Of a stretch of DNA of 58,102 nt, positions 9,450 through 18,921 are shown in pieces. Each line of letters begins with the position of its first letter. Position 1 is the first letter of the stretch. A program made the position numbers and the translations under genes. Origin of the DNA: a virus (Duplodnaviria; Caudoviricetes); the IMG/VR virus record IMGVR_UViG_3300046787_000172, positions 1 through 58,102 of that record; one strand, 5' to 3'. The notes beneath the pieces are model-generated. The model was not told the DNA's origin. It was given only the letters and a program-made list of their open reading frames with translations, and ran no database searches.

Positions 9450-9469
9450 AAAAAGCCCGCAAGCGGGCT
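9450..9469 (-). terminator. Intrinsic terminator upstream of the primase gene
   Basis: agcccgc-aa-gcgggct stem with an adjacent A tract on the + strand. Confidence 0.6.
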
Positions 9470-9489
9470 CCCTAGGGTAAACCCTCAGA

Positions 9490-9696
9490 TCAGTCTGTGA
9501 GTCCGGCTTCTGTGGTCTGCTCAGTAACTTCTGCTGGCTGTTCTGCTCGGGCAGCTTCTTCCTGCTCTTTGGCTTGTTGCAGGATGTTGTCGATGATTGG
9601 GCGAACAAAGTTGTGCGGGCCGCTGCCTAACGTACCCAACAAGGTGTTGAGGGAGTTGGCGTCCATGTTCATATCGAGTTTGATTTGGTATTGCAT
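9490..9696 (-). CDS. Hypothetical protein
   Basis: 68-aa ORF with RBS, in line with the replication operon. Confidence 0.7.
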   Translation of the reverse strand: MQYQIKLDMNMDANSLNTLLGTLGSGPHNFVRPIIDNILQQAKEQEEAARAEQPAEVTEQTTEAGLTD

Positions 9697-9741
9697 GATG
9701 TTCTTTCAGGTTTGTGCGGGGGCCGAAGCCCCCTAGTTTAA

Positions 9742-10686
9742 TCAGTCGTCGAAGCTAATGCCATCGAGGTCGAGGTCCATATCGTCAACCACTGGGGCTG
9801 GCTTGGCCTTGGGTTTGGCCGCTGGCTTGGGTGCCGGGGCTTCCTCTTCAGCTTCCTCAACTGCTGGCTTGGGTGTAGCTTTGGGCTTGGCAGCCGGTTT
9901 TGGCGCGGGGGCTTCCTCCTCAGTTTCTTCAGCGGGCGCAGCAGCTTCAGCGGCAACAGCAGCCATGATGGACGAGCCGAGGATGTTGGACACAACGTCG
10001 GATGCAGCGATCTCCTGCACCTCAGCGAAGCCTTCGTCATCCAACAGGCCGACAGCAGAGAACGTCAGCTTGGGAGATTCAGCTTGCAGGTCGAAGCCGA
10101 CCTTGGTCACGACCATGTTGTAGCCGACACCGCGCTTGGCCAGCATCTGACCATACTCACCCAGAGCCTTGATGGACGCAGGTGGTACACGCAGCAGCAT
10201 GGCGTCGTTGATCTGACCAGCAGGAGCCACGGCCATACGAACAGCGTCAGCGCAAGCCTTACCCTTGGTAGCGCCCTTCTCGGAGACACGTGAGCCCCAC
10301 TGGTTGTGAGGGCATGTGGCGCACTTCTTGGCCTGCTTGTTCTGTGCATCAGCCGCTGGCTCAACGCCATCGTTGGAGTAGCAGTCAGGCTTCTGGCCTT
10401 CGCTGGAATCTTTGTCGTAGCCCTTGATGTAGAACACCTTGCTGGTGCCTTTGTTGGCTTTTAGCAACACTACGTTCAGGCTGGTAGCTGCGCTGTCAGG
10501 GTCTTTGGGGTTCATCTGAATCTCGCGTTCGCCATCACGGACGACTGCGAAGACCTTGCCCTTGATCGAGATCACAGGGAAGCCACCGCCAGCGTGGGCG
10601 GTCAGGTCAGAGTTCAAAGCCGCGATGTCGACTTTTTTCAGGAATGCTGGCAGGTTGCTGCCGGAGTCAAATGGAATGATGTTCAT
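9742..10686 (-). CDS. Probable ssDNA-binding protein
   Basis: PDCYS...CATCP..QWGS...KAC core, P/A/E-rich linker, acidic tail DDMDLDLDGISFDD; replication context. Confidence 0.65.
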   Translation of the reverse strand: MNIIPFDSGSNLPAFLKKVDIAALNSDLTAHAGGGFPVISIKGKVFAVVRDGEREIQMNPKDPDSAATSLNVVLLKANKGTSKVFYIKGYDKDSSEGQKPDCYSNDGVEPAADAQNKQAKKCATCPHNQWGSRVSEKGATKGKACADAVRMAVAPAGQINDAMLLRVPPASIKALGEYGQMLAKRGVGYNMVVTKVGFDLQAESPKLTFSAVGLLDDEGFAEVQEIAASDVVSNILGSSIMAAVAAEAAAPAEETEEEAPAPKPAAKPKATPKPAVEEAEEEAPAPKPAAKPKAKPAPVVDDMDLDLDGISFDD

Positions 10687-10713
10687 GATCTTCGGTTGAT
10701 TGAGGTTGAGAGT

Positions 10714-11100
10714 TTATGCCGAGCGGCGGATGTTGACAACGCGTTCCGACCGAATATTTACACCCGGTGGTAGTTCGTCGTTGTTGGAGTCACGGAACTG
10801 CTCGATGGCGGTCTTTGAGGCACGCACTTCAAGCAAGCTCCATTCTTCGTTGGCCTTCACAAAATCCATGAAAGCCTCACGATCTGCAATGCTGGCGGTT
10901 GTACGCACAGCGGTATAAGCCGTACCGTTCTCAGTCTTGACTGAGTCCATGCCGGTCTTGTTGAACACGTCCAGAAGTTTGGCTTCCAGCTTGTCCATCT
11001 TTTCGTTCAAAGGTGCGATGGTGGCGTCGAACTCTGCCTTCATCTCTGCCTTCTTGTCACGGAGCTGTATATACAGACTCACTGCTTCTGATAATTTCAT
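10714..11100 (-). CDS. Conserved phage replication-module protein
   Basis: N-terminal coiled coil, SVKTENGTAY, LPPGV motifs. Confidence 0.7.
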   Translation of the reverse strand: MKLSEAVSLYIQLRDKKAEMKAEFDATIAPLNEKMDKLEAKLLDVFNKTGMDSVKTENGTAYTAVRTTASIADREAFMDFVKANEEWSLLEVRASKTAIEQFRDSNNDELPPGVNIRSERVVNIRRSA

Positions 11101-12668
11101 TGGTCTATCCGTTCCTTCATCATGTCGAGTAACACACCCTGCATAGACTGCTTGTCCTGCAGTCTCTTGTACACACGCCGCTCAACATCCGTACCTGCGA
11201 TGTGAACGATCACTGTGGTCCTTGTCTGGCCCGGGCGTCTTACACGCGCACAAGCCTGTTCGTAAGTCTCATTCGAGTGAACCGGGGCGTACCACACGAT
11301 GGTGGTTGCTGCCGTCAGTGTCAGGCCATGGCTCATGGTTGAGGCGTTAGCCACCAAAACCCTTGGGTCCAGCCCTCGTTGAAACTCACCAAAAATACGA
11401 TCGCGGTCAGTCTTACTGGTGCCGCCATGCACCGTTTCTACCGTGAAATCCTTACGCAGTTCTGACGCTACGCTCTCAAGGGCTCCTGTCAGCGGCACGA
11501 ACACGATGACCTTGCCCTCAGATTCCTCGATGACTTCCTTGAGCACGTCCATGCGTGGCTTGGATGGGATGATGACGTGTTCACCATCTGTCCCGTAGGC
11601 GACACCACACGCAATTTGGATGAGCTTGTTGGCCTTCACAGCCTCATTGACAGCCAGAATCTGACCACCTGCATACTCGGTAGACAGCTTGTTGAGCATG
11701 TCCTTGTAGGCTTTGTTCTGCTCAGGTGTGAGCGCAACATCACGGGTGATGAACGTCTGCTCTGGCAAGTCCACACAGTCATCCAGCGAGAACCGGATAG
11801 CTGGCTGCATCATCTGATACACAGCTTCGTTGGCGTCCTGCCGCGCCGCCCATTTGAACGGAGTGATCTGACGCATCACGCGGTCACGGAACGCGCTGAA
11901 GTACTTGGGCATGGTCGGGTTGTCAGGAGTCACCAGTTTGCACTGAGCCCATGCGTCGGTAGGTGCGTTAGGTGTTGGCGATCCTGTCATGCCCCACACA
12001 CGGCGCGGAGCCTGCTTGTTGCAGATGGCATTGAGAATCTTCCAGCGGTCGGTGCCTGAGTTGCGTGCAAGTGCAAGCTCGTCGATGACGATCAGGTCGA
12101 TGTCAGGTCGCTTGGCCAGCGCGTCCTTGATGGTAGATAGCCCGTCGATGTTGATGACGTAGATGTCCACGTCTTGTGCAAGCAGTTTGTTACGGCGCTC
12201 TCGCGTGCCGTGCAGTACAACACAGTCCAGATGCGGGAACGTCTGAAATGCTGAGTCCGCCCATGTGCGCTCCATGGTAGACAGTGGGCACACCACAAGC
12301 ACCTTGTTCACGGTCTTGGTGCGGCGCAGATAGTCATACGCCCACAGTGCGCTGTTGGTCTTGCCAGTGCCCATACCGTTGAGACAGAACGCACGGCTGT
12401 TCATAGAGAGGAACGATGCTGTGTCGAGTTGTGCAGAGAATGGCGAATGCTTGCCGCTGACCTTGGGCCAGTCGTAGTGAATGGGCATGGGTTCAGGAAC
12501 CTCAAAGCCCAAGTTACGCAGCACCCGAGTTTCGTCGGGCCTGTGTGGTATCGCAACCAGTGTCGATCCTTTGTGTTCTACCAACTTCGCGGTTGGTATG
12601 ACTGTCGTTACTCGTGATGGGTTGCGGAGCTTGAGTACTACAGCCTTTTTTTCTTTGTGAATTAGCAT
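11097..12668 (-). CDS. SNF2-family (SF2) helicase
   Basis: MGTGKT, VIDE, MTGSP, HGLTLTAA, QACARVRRPGQ. Confidence 0.9.
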   Translation of the reverse strand: MLIHKEKKAVVLKLRNPSRVTTVIPTAKLVEHKGSTLVAIPHRPDETRVLRNLGFEVPEPMPIHYDWPKVSGKHSPFSAQLDTASFLSMNSRAFCLNGMGTGKTNSALWAYDYLRRTKTVNKVLVVCPLSTMERTWADSAFQTFPHLDCVVLHGTRERRNKLLAQDVDIYVINIDGLSTIKDALAKRPDIDLIVIDELALARNSGTDRWKILNAICNKQAPRRVWGMTGSPTPNAPTDAWAQCKLVTPDNPTMPKYFSAFRDRVMRQITPFKWAARQDANEAVYQMMQPAIRFSLDDCVDLPEQTFITRDVALTPEQNKAYKDMLNKLSTEYAGGQILAVNEAVKANKLIQIACGVAYGTDGEHVIIPSKPRMDVLKEVIEESEGKVIVFVPLTGALESVASELRKDFTVETVHGGTSKTDRDRIFGEFQRGLDPRVLVANASTMSHGLTLTAATTIVWYAPVHSNETYEQACARVRRPGQTRTTVIVHIAGTDVERRVYKRLQDKQSMQGVLLDMMKERIDQ

Positions 12669-12922
12669 GTGAGTTTCATTGCAACAAGTGCAGCCATGAC
12701 TCCTTCGTCGGTTTGTTCAAATGGCATCTCGTGGATGTCTTGGTCCCCCTTGATTCGCCAGCGAACCATCAGTTGGTCGTCGATGTAACCGCGCATCATG
12801 GAGATAGCAGTGACGCCATCCGGTACTTGCTGGCCAAACCACATCTCTGCGGGAACAATGGATCGCGGTGATGGCCTGCGCCAGTAGCCAGCGTCTTTAC
12901 TTATCTGGGTTGTAACTGCCAC
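12662..12922 (-). CDS. Hypothetical protein ending AALVAMKLTC
   Basis: GGAGG upstream of GTG; coupled to its neighbours. Confidence 0.6.
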   Translation of the reverse strand: MAVTTQISKDAGYWRRPSPRSIVPAEMWFGQQVPDGVTAISMMRGYIDDQLMVRWRIKGDQDIHEMPFEQTDEGVMAALVAMKLTC

Positions 12923-13163
12923 TGCCCTTCCTCCATCCACGGTTGGTTGATCGGTCTTGAACTGCTACGTTGGCCTTGTGGTTGCCGCCGCCGTTCTCGA
13001 GTGACTTCTTGTGCGCTACGTCTTTGCCATCGCCGACCTTGGCCTTGCCATCTTTGATGGCTTCGCGCCGTGCAGCGTTGTTCTTCACACGCTTGGCCAC
13101 TTCTTCAGGGCGAGCGTTATAGGACTTCTGGTATTCCAGTTTGCGGGGGGTTGACTTGGTCAT
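12897..13163 (-). CDS. Small HNH-like protein
   Basis: GKDVAHKKSLENGG.N..N......NR pattern. Confidence 0.7.
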   Translation of the reverse strand: MTKSTPRKLEYQKSYNARPEEVAKRVKNNAARREAIKDGKAKVGDGKDVAHKKSLENGGGNHKANVAVQDRSTNRGWRKGSGSYNPDK

Positions 13164-13479
13164 GTGCGTTCTCCAAAATTTGAAAGATTTTGATGGTGGT
13201 AATGAACTCTTTGAGCTGGTCTACATTGTCCACTACGATGGCCCACCCATCAGCGTTTTGAATCTCTTGTATCACTCGGTCTTGGTTGGGCGTGGTGTTC
13301 ATGCGTTTGCCCGGAGCCTTGGTCTCTACGGCCAAGAACATCCCGTTGTAGCAACAGATGATGTCAGGGATGCCGACCTGCCCCATGCCATTGGACACTG
13401 GCATAAAGAACCAAGCGCCGATGGACTTGAGGTATTTCTTGCAGTCGTCTTTGACCTTGCCCTCTGGTGTTTTAGCCAT
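13117..13479 (-). CDS. VRR-NUC domain nuclease (resolvase-like)
   Basis: TPEGKVK, GIPDII, AVETK, TPNQ. Confidence 0.85.
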   Translation of the reverse strand: MAKTPEGKVKDDCKKYLKSIGAWFFMPVSNGMGQVGIPDIICCYNGMFLAVETKAPGKRMNTTPNQDRVIQEIQNADGWAIVVDNVDQLKEFITTIKIFQILENAHDQVNPPQTGIPEVL

Positions 13480-13978
13480 TTGTTGTCACCTCCAGTGTGC
13501 GGCCTTGCTTACCTATGCGAACAAGCGTTGTGTTAACCAATCCTGCGGAGCGGAGCTCTCGAATAAATTTCTTGGTTGGTTCTGGGTGCAGCCCAAGTGC
13601 GTCGGCAATTTGGGCGGTGGTTTTTGGTTTCTTGCACATCTTAAGAATTTTTTCCTTGTGCTTGACGCATGCAAAGACTTTGTTTTTTGCTTGTTCTTGC
13701 TTGGTAGCCCAGCGGCAATTCTTGGGTGTGTAGTTGCCGTCGTTGTTTTTGCGATCCAAGGTTGTGCCTTCAGGTCGTTCGCCCATGTCTGCCAAGAAGT
13801 TGTCAAAGGACATCCACCGTTTGCATACTGTTATGCCGCGACCACCGTATCGGTGGTAGTAGAAGCGTTTGGGGTTGGTACACCGCTGAATCATGGATGC
13901 CCACGAATGGTATGTTGGTGAAAATTTCCCAGTGGTGTGCCCGTGTGTGTATGCTGGGTTACTTGTTCCTGCAGACAT
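13472..13978 (-). mobile_element. Free-standing HNH homing endonuclease with C-terminal HTH
   Basis: SWASMIQRC, YGGRGITVC, TLDRKNNDGNY.P.NCRWAT; AT-richer than its neighbours. Confidence 0.8.
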
Positions 13979-13979
13979 G

Positions 13980-14636
13980 CTAGCGTTCCCTTCGTCCGTT
14001 GAACTCACATGATAGCACGGCGCAATAATTTTTGCACAGCCCTGACGTTTTGGCTGGCCAGCGGTCACGTTCGTATGCAGACTCCAGCTTGTTTACACGT
14101 GGCACGAAGTTCTGCCAAATGACAGGAACCTCCGAGCGTTCGCGTGGCGTCCAGTCAATCTTCTTTTCCTTGAGCCAGATGAAGCCCGTGATAACTTTGT
14201 TGATCTCTGGGTGATGGGCAAACACGTAGTTGGCGTACAGGTCGAGCTGCTCTGTGGGCTTGCGCTTTCCGGTCTTGTAATCTGCAACGATGGCCTTGTC
14301 GCCATGGAGTACAACCAAGTCAGCGATGCCGCGAGTCCATGCGCCTTTCCATGCTGTCGGCTGGAAGTTCCGGTCGAGTGCGTATGCCTGTTCGCACAGC
14401 TTTGCACCGGGCAGTTTGGCCAGCTTGAACGCCAGCGTCTGCCACTGCTCCATACCTTCGGGCAGCATTACGCCGTCCTTGATGAAGTCCTCGAACGCGG
14501 TGTGAACCCGTGTACCCCACTCAGTGTGTACGGTAGGCGGCTCAACGATGTCGCGCTTGACCTTGAGGTGGAAGAATTTCCTCGGGCACGTCTCGAATGT
14601 GTCGAGCTGGCTGTACGTCCAAGCCGGGTTTGTCAT
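13980..14636 (-). CDS. PD-(D/E)xK (Cas4/RecB-like) exonuclease
   Basis: YSQL..FETCP, GTRVH, GIAD, DYKTGK, QLDLY, C-terminal Cys cluster. Confidence 0.85.
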   Translation of the reverse strand: MTNPAWTYSQLDTFETCPRKFFHLKVKRDIVEPPTVHTEWGTRVHTAFEDFIKDGVMLPEGMEQWQTLAFKLAKLPGAKLCEQAYALDRNFQPTAWKGAWTRGIADLVVLHGDKAIVADYKTGKRKPTEQLDLYANYVFAHHPEINKVITGFIWLKEKKIDWTPRERSEVPVIWQNFVPRVNKLESAYERDRWPAKTSGLCKNYCAVLSCEFNGRRER

Positions 14637-14701
14637 GTTGTTCCAATGCGGTTGTGCCCCAATGCGTCATTCGACGGTTGGGGCTTTTTGTTCGTGGCTC
14701 T

Positions 14702-14729
14702 ATGGTAGCAGCATGGTGAGTGCTGTCAA
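14702..14729 (-). promoter_or_regulatory. Sigma70-like promoter
   Basis: TTGACA-N16-TACCAT with extended TGn, intergenic. Confidence 0.6.
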
Positions 14730-14731
14730 CA

Positions 14732-16687
14732 TTATTTTACGGCTCCATACGTGTCGCCTACGTCACCCTCAGACCACGTCACAAGCTCTGGCCACCACGA
14801 CACGCCTTGGCGCATGATGCCCTGCAAATGATCGAGTTGTTGCTGCGCCTCTTTCTCTGGCACAACGTAAACCAGCTCGTCATGGACAGCCAGCGATGGG
14901 CGCAAGCCAGTGTCCTTGTAGAACCGCACAGCATGCTCAGCGATGACATCACGAGCCAGTGCCTGTACCAAATTCTCAACGCCCTTCCCGGCGTAGATGC
15001 GAGCCTTAGACCTGCCGTTGCCGTACCACCATTCGTGCTTACCGTTCTCGTTCTGTTTGACCAGTGACGGGTAGTAGATGCGACGGCCAGACGGCAAGCG
15101 CACAGCTTCGTGCTCCACTTGGCACATACCCCACGGGTCGATGGATGCCTCGATGCCTTGTCGGATGTTGGTCAGGTTGTTCTGGAACTGCTTCCAGCCG
15201 TTGACGATCTCGCCGTGAGCGTCGCGGTACTTGTTGACCACATCAGTGGCTTCTTCCAGCGACAGGTCGATGCCGCCCATCAGCTTGGCTACCTTCTGGA
15301 ACGTAGCGCCGCCAGCGCCAAAGCCTAGACCCAAGTGAGCCACCTTGCCCACCTGACGCTGGTTCTTCGTGACCTCGTCTTCGGTGATGTTGTACAGGTC
15401 ATGCGCTGCAAAGTATCGGTACAGGTCGGCCTTGTCAGGGCTCGACGCGAACAGCTCCATGGCGTACGGGACTTTCCACAGAAACATATTGACCCGCAAC
15501 TCAATACCAGAAAGGTCAGCCACGATGATCTTGTGTCCCTTGGGTGCCTTGAGCGACATACGCAGGGCGTCGGACGGCTTGGGGTTCTTGGGGTCAATGC
15601 GCGGTAGGTTCTGCATGTTGTACTGCTCACCAGACCAGCGACCTGTTGTATCCGCGCCACAGTATTTCAGCGGCACAGGCAGTCGGCCATCACAGGCGTC
15701 GGCGGCTCTCAGGAACGCTTGCAGTCGTGTCTCCAGCAACGTGGACTTGACCTCGAGTCTTGCACGGGCAGCAGCGGCCACCACAGGGTTCTCATGGTTC
15801 TGCAAGGCGATGAACGCATCGTCTGTTTTGGCCAGCGCAGGCACACGCTTCTCGGGGTTGGTCGGCGACTGCTTCATGGGCGCTTCAACACCAAGGCGCT
15901 CCAGCAGTGCGGAGAACTTGGCAGCCGAGGCCAACTCAGTACGAACCTGTTCTTCGATATCTGTGCCACTGTCAAGGCGCTCAGCCACGAACTGATCTAT
16001 GCCAAGGGTGTGAGCCAGCTCAAGCAGGGAGCGGCGCTTTTCTTCCTTCACATCTTCCAAGGCCTTATCCACCATGGAGTAGTTGAGCAAGAACTTGGGC
16101 TCGACCAGCATGCGGGTAGTCATGTCGATCTGCAGCAGCTCCTGCTTGGGGAAAGATGGGGCGAGCTTCTTGAAGATAGCTGCACACAAGTCGGTGTCCA
16201 CCTTGTTGTAGTCCTCCATCTGAGCCAGCTCATCTTCGCTGAAGTCACATAGGTGCTTGCCCTTGGTGTTAGTAGCCTCTAGGTCCAGCTTAAGGCCTAC
16301 ACCCAGCTCAACAGCCAGCTTCTTAAGCGATACACCAGTCAACGATTTGCCGTTTACGAACGCACTGGTCTTGGAATACTTGGGCCTTGCCATAGCAGCA
16401 GTGCAGCCGTACATCTTGGGGTTCACGCCCATGCGCCACGCGAGGATCATCGCATCGAAGCCGGACATGTTGTGGCCGATAGCCATAGCGTCTGACCAGT
16501 CAAGCGACTGCAGGTGCTCTCTGATCTTCTGCTCACCGAACAAAACGTAGGTCGGTGCGTTGCCCACCTTGATGGCCACAGAGATGATCTCAGTGTCTGG
16601 GTGCATCACGTACTCGGTTGGAGACATGCGGCTGAGCGTGTGCTCGGTGCTCCAGAACGACTCGAAGTCGATGTAGATGGGGGTCAT
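14732..16687 (-). CDS. polA: Family A DNA polymerase with 3'-5' exonuclease
   Basis: IDFES, HNMSGFD, motif A DLSGIELR, motif B RQVGKVAHLGLGFG, motif C VHDE. Confidence 0.92.
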   Translation of the reverse strand: MTPIYIDFESFWSTEHTLSRMSPTEYVMHPDTEIISVAIKVGNAPTYVLFGEQKIREHLQSLDWSDAMAIGHNMSGFDAMILAWRMGVNPKMYGCTAAMARPKYSKTSAFVNGKSLTGVSLKKLAVELGVGLKLDLEATNTKGKHLCDFSEDELAQMEDYNKVDTDLCAAIFKKLAPSFPKQELLQIDMTTRMLVEPKFLLNYSMVDKALEDVKEEKRRSLLELAHTLGIDQFVAERLDSGTDIEEQVRTELASAAKFSALLERLGVEAPMKQSPTNPEKRVPALAKTDDAFIALQNHENPVVAAAARARLEVKSTLLETRLQAFLRAADACDGRLPVPLKYCGADTTGRWSGEQYNMQNLPRIDPKNPKPSDALRMSLKAPKGHKIIVADLSGIELRVNMFLWKVPYAMELFASSPDKADLYRYFAAHDLYNITEDEVTKNQRQVGKVAHLGLGFGAGGATFQKVAKLMGGIDLSLEEATDVVNKYRDAHGEIVNGWKQFQNNLTNIRQGIEASIDPWGMCQVEHEAVRLPSGRRIYYPSLVKQNENGKHEWWYGNGRSKARIYAGKGVENLVQALARDVIAEHAVRFYKDTGLRPSLAVHDELVYVVPEKEAQQQLDHLQGIMRQGVSWWPELVTWSEGDVGDTYGAVK

Positions 16688-17016
16688 TATTTTTCCAGTT
16701 TGTTTGCGACGTTGAATGCAGTCCAGAGCTCAGCGAACTTAGGGTCAGTGATGGTGTCAGCTATGTACGTCTCGTACTCGTAGCCCTCTTTGCGCCCGAT
16801 GTTGACGATGTAGCCATTGGCTACCTGCAACACTTCGACAGTGCCGTGAAATAGCTTTCTGGATTTGGGTGCTTGTTCGTGTTTCAAGATTTGATTGATT
16901 TGTGATGCGGATATCGAGCCTTGGTACATAGCGCCGGGCAGCGCTTGCGCAGCGTTGGCGATGTTGTTGGATACACCAGTGGTGCCAAACAGTGCGTGGG
17001 TTAAAGAGTCGAACAT
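16687..17016 (-). CDS. Hypothetical protein ending FNVANKLEK
   Basis: GGAGG RBS; VANGYIV motif. Confidence 0.65.
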   Translation of the reverse strand: MFDSLTHALFGTTGVSNNIANAAQALPGAMYQGSISASQINQILKHEQAPKSRKLFHGTVEVLQVANGYIVNIGRKEGYEYETYIADTITDPKFAELWTAFNVANKLEK

Positions 17017-17225
17017 GCGCGGCCCTCCAGTTCGATCAGCAACTCGATGTAGTGCTTGGCTTTCTCAAGGTCAGCCATGCCGTTCTTGTTGCGCCAGCGA
17101 CTGATGTACTTGATGACGTTGCCCTCCAAGTATGGGATGCCGTTGGCGTGGATGTACTCTACTGGCTGTATCTTCATGTGCTTGTAATGGTTGCCATCAA
17201 CTTGCACGTCTAACGGATTTGTCAT
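17001..17225 (-). CDS. DUF3310 / T7 gp1.7-like nucleotide kinase domain protein
   Basis: GNHYK...GNVIKYISRW..KNG..DLEKAKHY. Confidence 0.85.
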   Translation of the reverse strand: MTNPLDVQVDGNHYKHMKIQPVEYIHANGIPYLEGNVIKYISRWRNKNGMADLEKAKHYIELLIELEGRACSTL

Positions 17226-17410
17226 TCGATCTCCTCTATGCGTACTCTGACGCGGATTGGTTTGGCTTTGGTATTGCGAAATAGCTTGACTGTGGTCGAC
17301 GCCTCAAACGCAGGTGTTCTGACTTTCCACAGCAGTGGGATGCCGTCGTCACTGAGCATGAAGCTCCTGCCGCCTGTCTTGACGGCCCATGCTTTGATGT
17401 CGCGTTTCAC
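17222..17410 (-). CDS. Hypothetical protein
   Basis: Coupled to both neighbours by overlapping start/stop. Confidence 0.6.
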   Translation of the reverse strand: MKRDIKAWAVKTGGRSFMLSDDGIPLLWKVRTPAFEASTTVKLFRNTKAKPIRVRVRIEEIE

Positions 17411-17622
17411 TCTCTGCTCCTGTCAAACGTAGGCAGTGGTGCCCAGTGAGTCCATCTGTCACCGTCACGCCATGTACCAAGAACTGCAACGCCTAGCTTC
17501 TTGTCGATCATCAACATCTTTGCGCTCAGCGGCGGTGGGAATTCTTTGGCATCGCGCCAGTGGTTATTGACGTCGACCACAGCAAAGCGGTCGTGTGTGA
17601 GCTTATGCTCCGTTACTGCCAT
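17407..17622 (-). CDS. DUF551-like protein
   Basis: W...FPP and THWAPLP motifs. Confidence 0.65.
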   Translation of the reverse strand: MAVTEHKLTHDRFAVVDVNNHWRDAKEFPPPLSAKMLMIDKKLGVAVLGTWRDGDRWTHWAPLPTFDRSRE

Positions 17623-17954
17623 AGTGATTTTCCTCCTACGAATGTGGTTCTTATGTTCGCTTGCTTTTGCGCTGCAACTTTGCGCACGTAGCTCCTGCGG
17701 CTACGCACTTGCTGCGGCTGTGAGCTCTTCGGCATTGCGTCTTCGCCTTGCCCAAGCGCATATATCTTGACGCGGTTGCGCCCATCAGTGTGGTTCGAGT
17801 AGTCAACAATGTAGATCAGCTCTTGAGCTTTCATCTCGACAAGCATCTTACCGACAGCCTTGGGGTTGCACTGTGCTTTTTGCGCCAACTCAAGCCTACT
17901 GTGGGGCCCTTGCAACAGTGCTTTGAATACTTGCACTGCTTCTTCGATCTTCAT
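17613..17954 (-). CDS. Putative winged-HTH protein
   Basis: GPHSRLELAQ..wHTH-like pattern; AAGGAG RBS. Confidence 0.6.
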   Translation of the reverse strand: MKIEEAVQVFKALLQGPHSRLELAQKAQCNPKAVGKMLVEMKAQELIYIVDYSNHTDGRNRVKIYALGQGEDAMPKSSQPQQVRSRRSYVRKVAAQKQANIRTTFVGGKSLWQ

Positions 17955-18076
17955 GTGTTCTCCTTGCATTGATGCTTCAGCATAGGGATGCGCAGCACTG
18001 TGAATAGCCAGCCAAGGTAGCCAACAACTTCCCCACAATGTTTGCAGGTGTAGCGCACTTCGTATTCGGGTTTCAT
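17951..18076 (-). CDS. Small CxxC protein
   Basis: GAGGAG RBS; CKHC; ATGA overlaps. Confidence 0.55.
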   Translation of the reverse strand: MKPEYEVRYTCKHCGEVVGYLGWLFTVLRIPMLKHQCKENT

Positions 18077-18258
18077 AAACAACTCCTCAATGTCAACAGG
18101 CCCAGCATCAACACGATGAAGGCCCACAGTGCCCAAGTTACCTGCTTGCTTGCAGGTGGTTTGCCGTCAAGCAACTCCTTGGCTTGGCGGATACGCTCTT
18201 TACGGATAGGGCAGTCACGCCCCTGATTGCAGTTACCGTACTCGTCACAGCAGTTCAT
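18073..18258 (-). CDS. Small membrane protein with Cys-rich N-terminus
   Basis: CC...CNQGRDCP plus C-terminal hydrophobic helix. Confidence 0.65.
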   Translation of the reverse strand: MNCCDEYGNCNQGRDCPIRKERIRQAKELLDGKPPASKQVTWALWAFIVLMLGLLTLRSCL

Positions 18259-18725
18259 GTCTTCTCCAAGATAGGTGTCATCTTCTTTAAGCGGAACTCT
18301 TCACGGACAAGCGCAATGGCAGCGTCCATGTCTTTGAGAGTCACCACCTCCATCTGTGCATCGTGCAGTTCCATGAACTCGTTGAGCGCAGTCATCTCAG
18401 CGGCCTTCAGGATGAACCGGCCAGACTCAACACCACGCGCACCCACAGCACGCAAAGCCAGCAGACCTTGCTTGACCACATCGCTGTAGTCCTTGCCGAA
18501 CCCCATACGTGCGAAGGCTTCGGTGATGTTGCCCATGGCGATGAGCGTGTCGATGTCAGTGCGTGTTGCCACGCCCTTGGTCAGTGAGTCTAGTGCTGCG
18601 TGGTTCTTGATCTTGAGGTCAACCATGAACGATGTGTGAGACCGCACAGGAGACAGGCTCTCCATGACATACCCCACTGGGTTAAGCAGTACATGCTTGG
18701 GTCTGTATTTGCTGCGTTTGCGCAT
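18255..18725 (-). CDS. Hypothetical protein
   Basis: 156-aa ORF with typical codon usage. Confidence 0.75.
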   Translation of the reverse strand: MRKRSKYRPKHVLLNPVGYVMESLSPVRSHTSFMVDLKIKNHAALDSLTKGVATRTDIDTLIAMGNITEAFARMGFGKDYSDVVKQGLLALRAVGARGVESGRFILKAAEMTALNEFMELHDAQMEVVTLKDMDAAIALVREEFRLKKMTPILEKT

Positions 18726-18726
18726 G

Positions 18727-18921
18727 TCACTTCCGGTTCAACATTTTCATCCAGCATCTAGCGCACACGAAGCGGCCATTGATTTCCACTCCAGAAAGCG
18801 GCTCTGCTGTTTGGTTGCTGCACTTGGTACACGTCCTAAGCTGCTGACTGCGGGACTGCGAACTCGCTTGGCTCTCTCGGAACGAGTTTGTCGAAGGCAT
18901 GCGCGGTGGTTTGGAATTCAT
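18727..18921 (-). CDS. Possible zinc-ribbon protein (start uncertain)
   Basis: CTKC...CARCW; fills the gap and overlaps the upstream gene. Confidence 0.5.
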   Translation of the reverse strand: MNSKPPRMPSTNSFRESQASSQSRSQQLRTCTKCSNQTAEPLSGVEINGRFVCARCWMKMLNRK

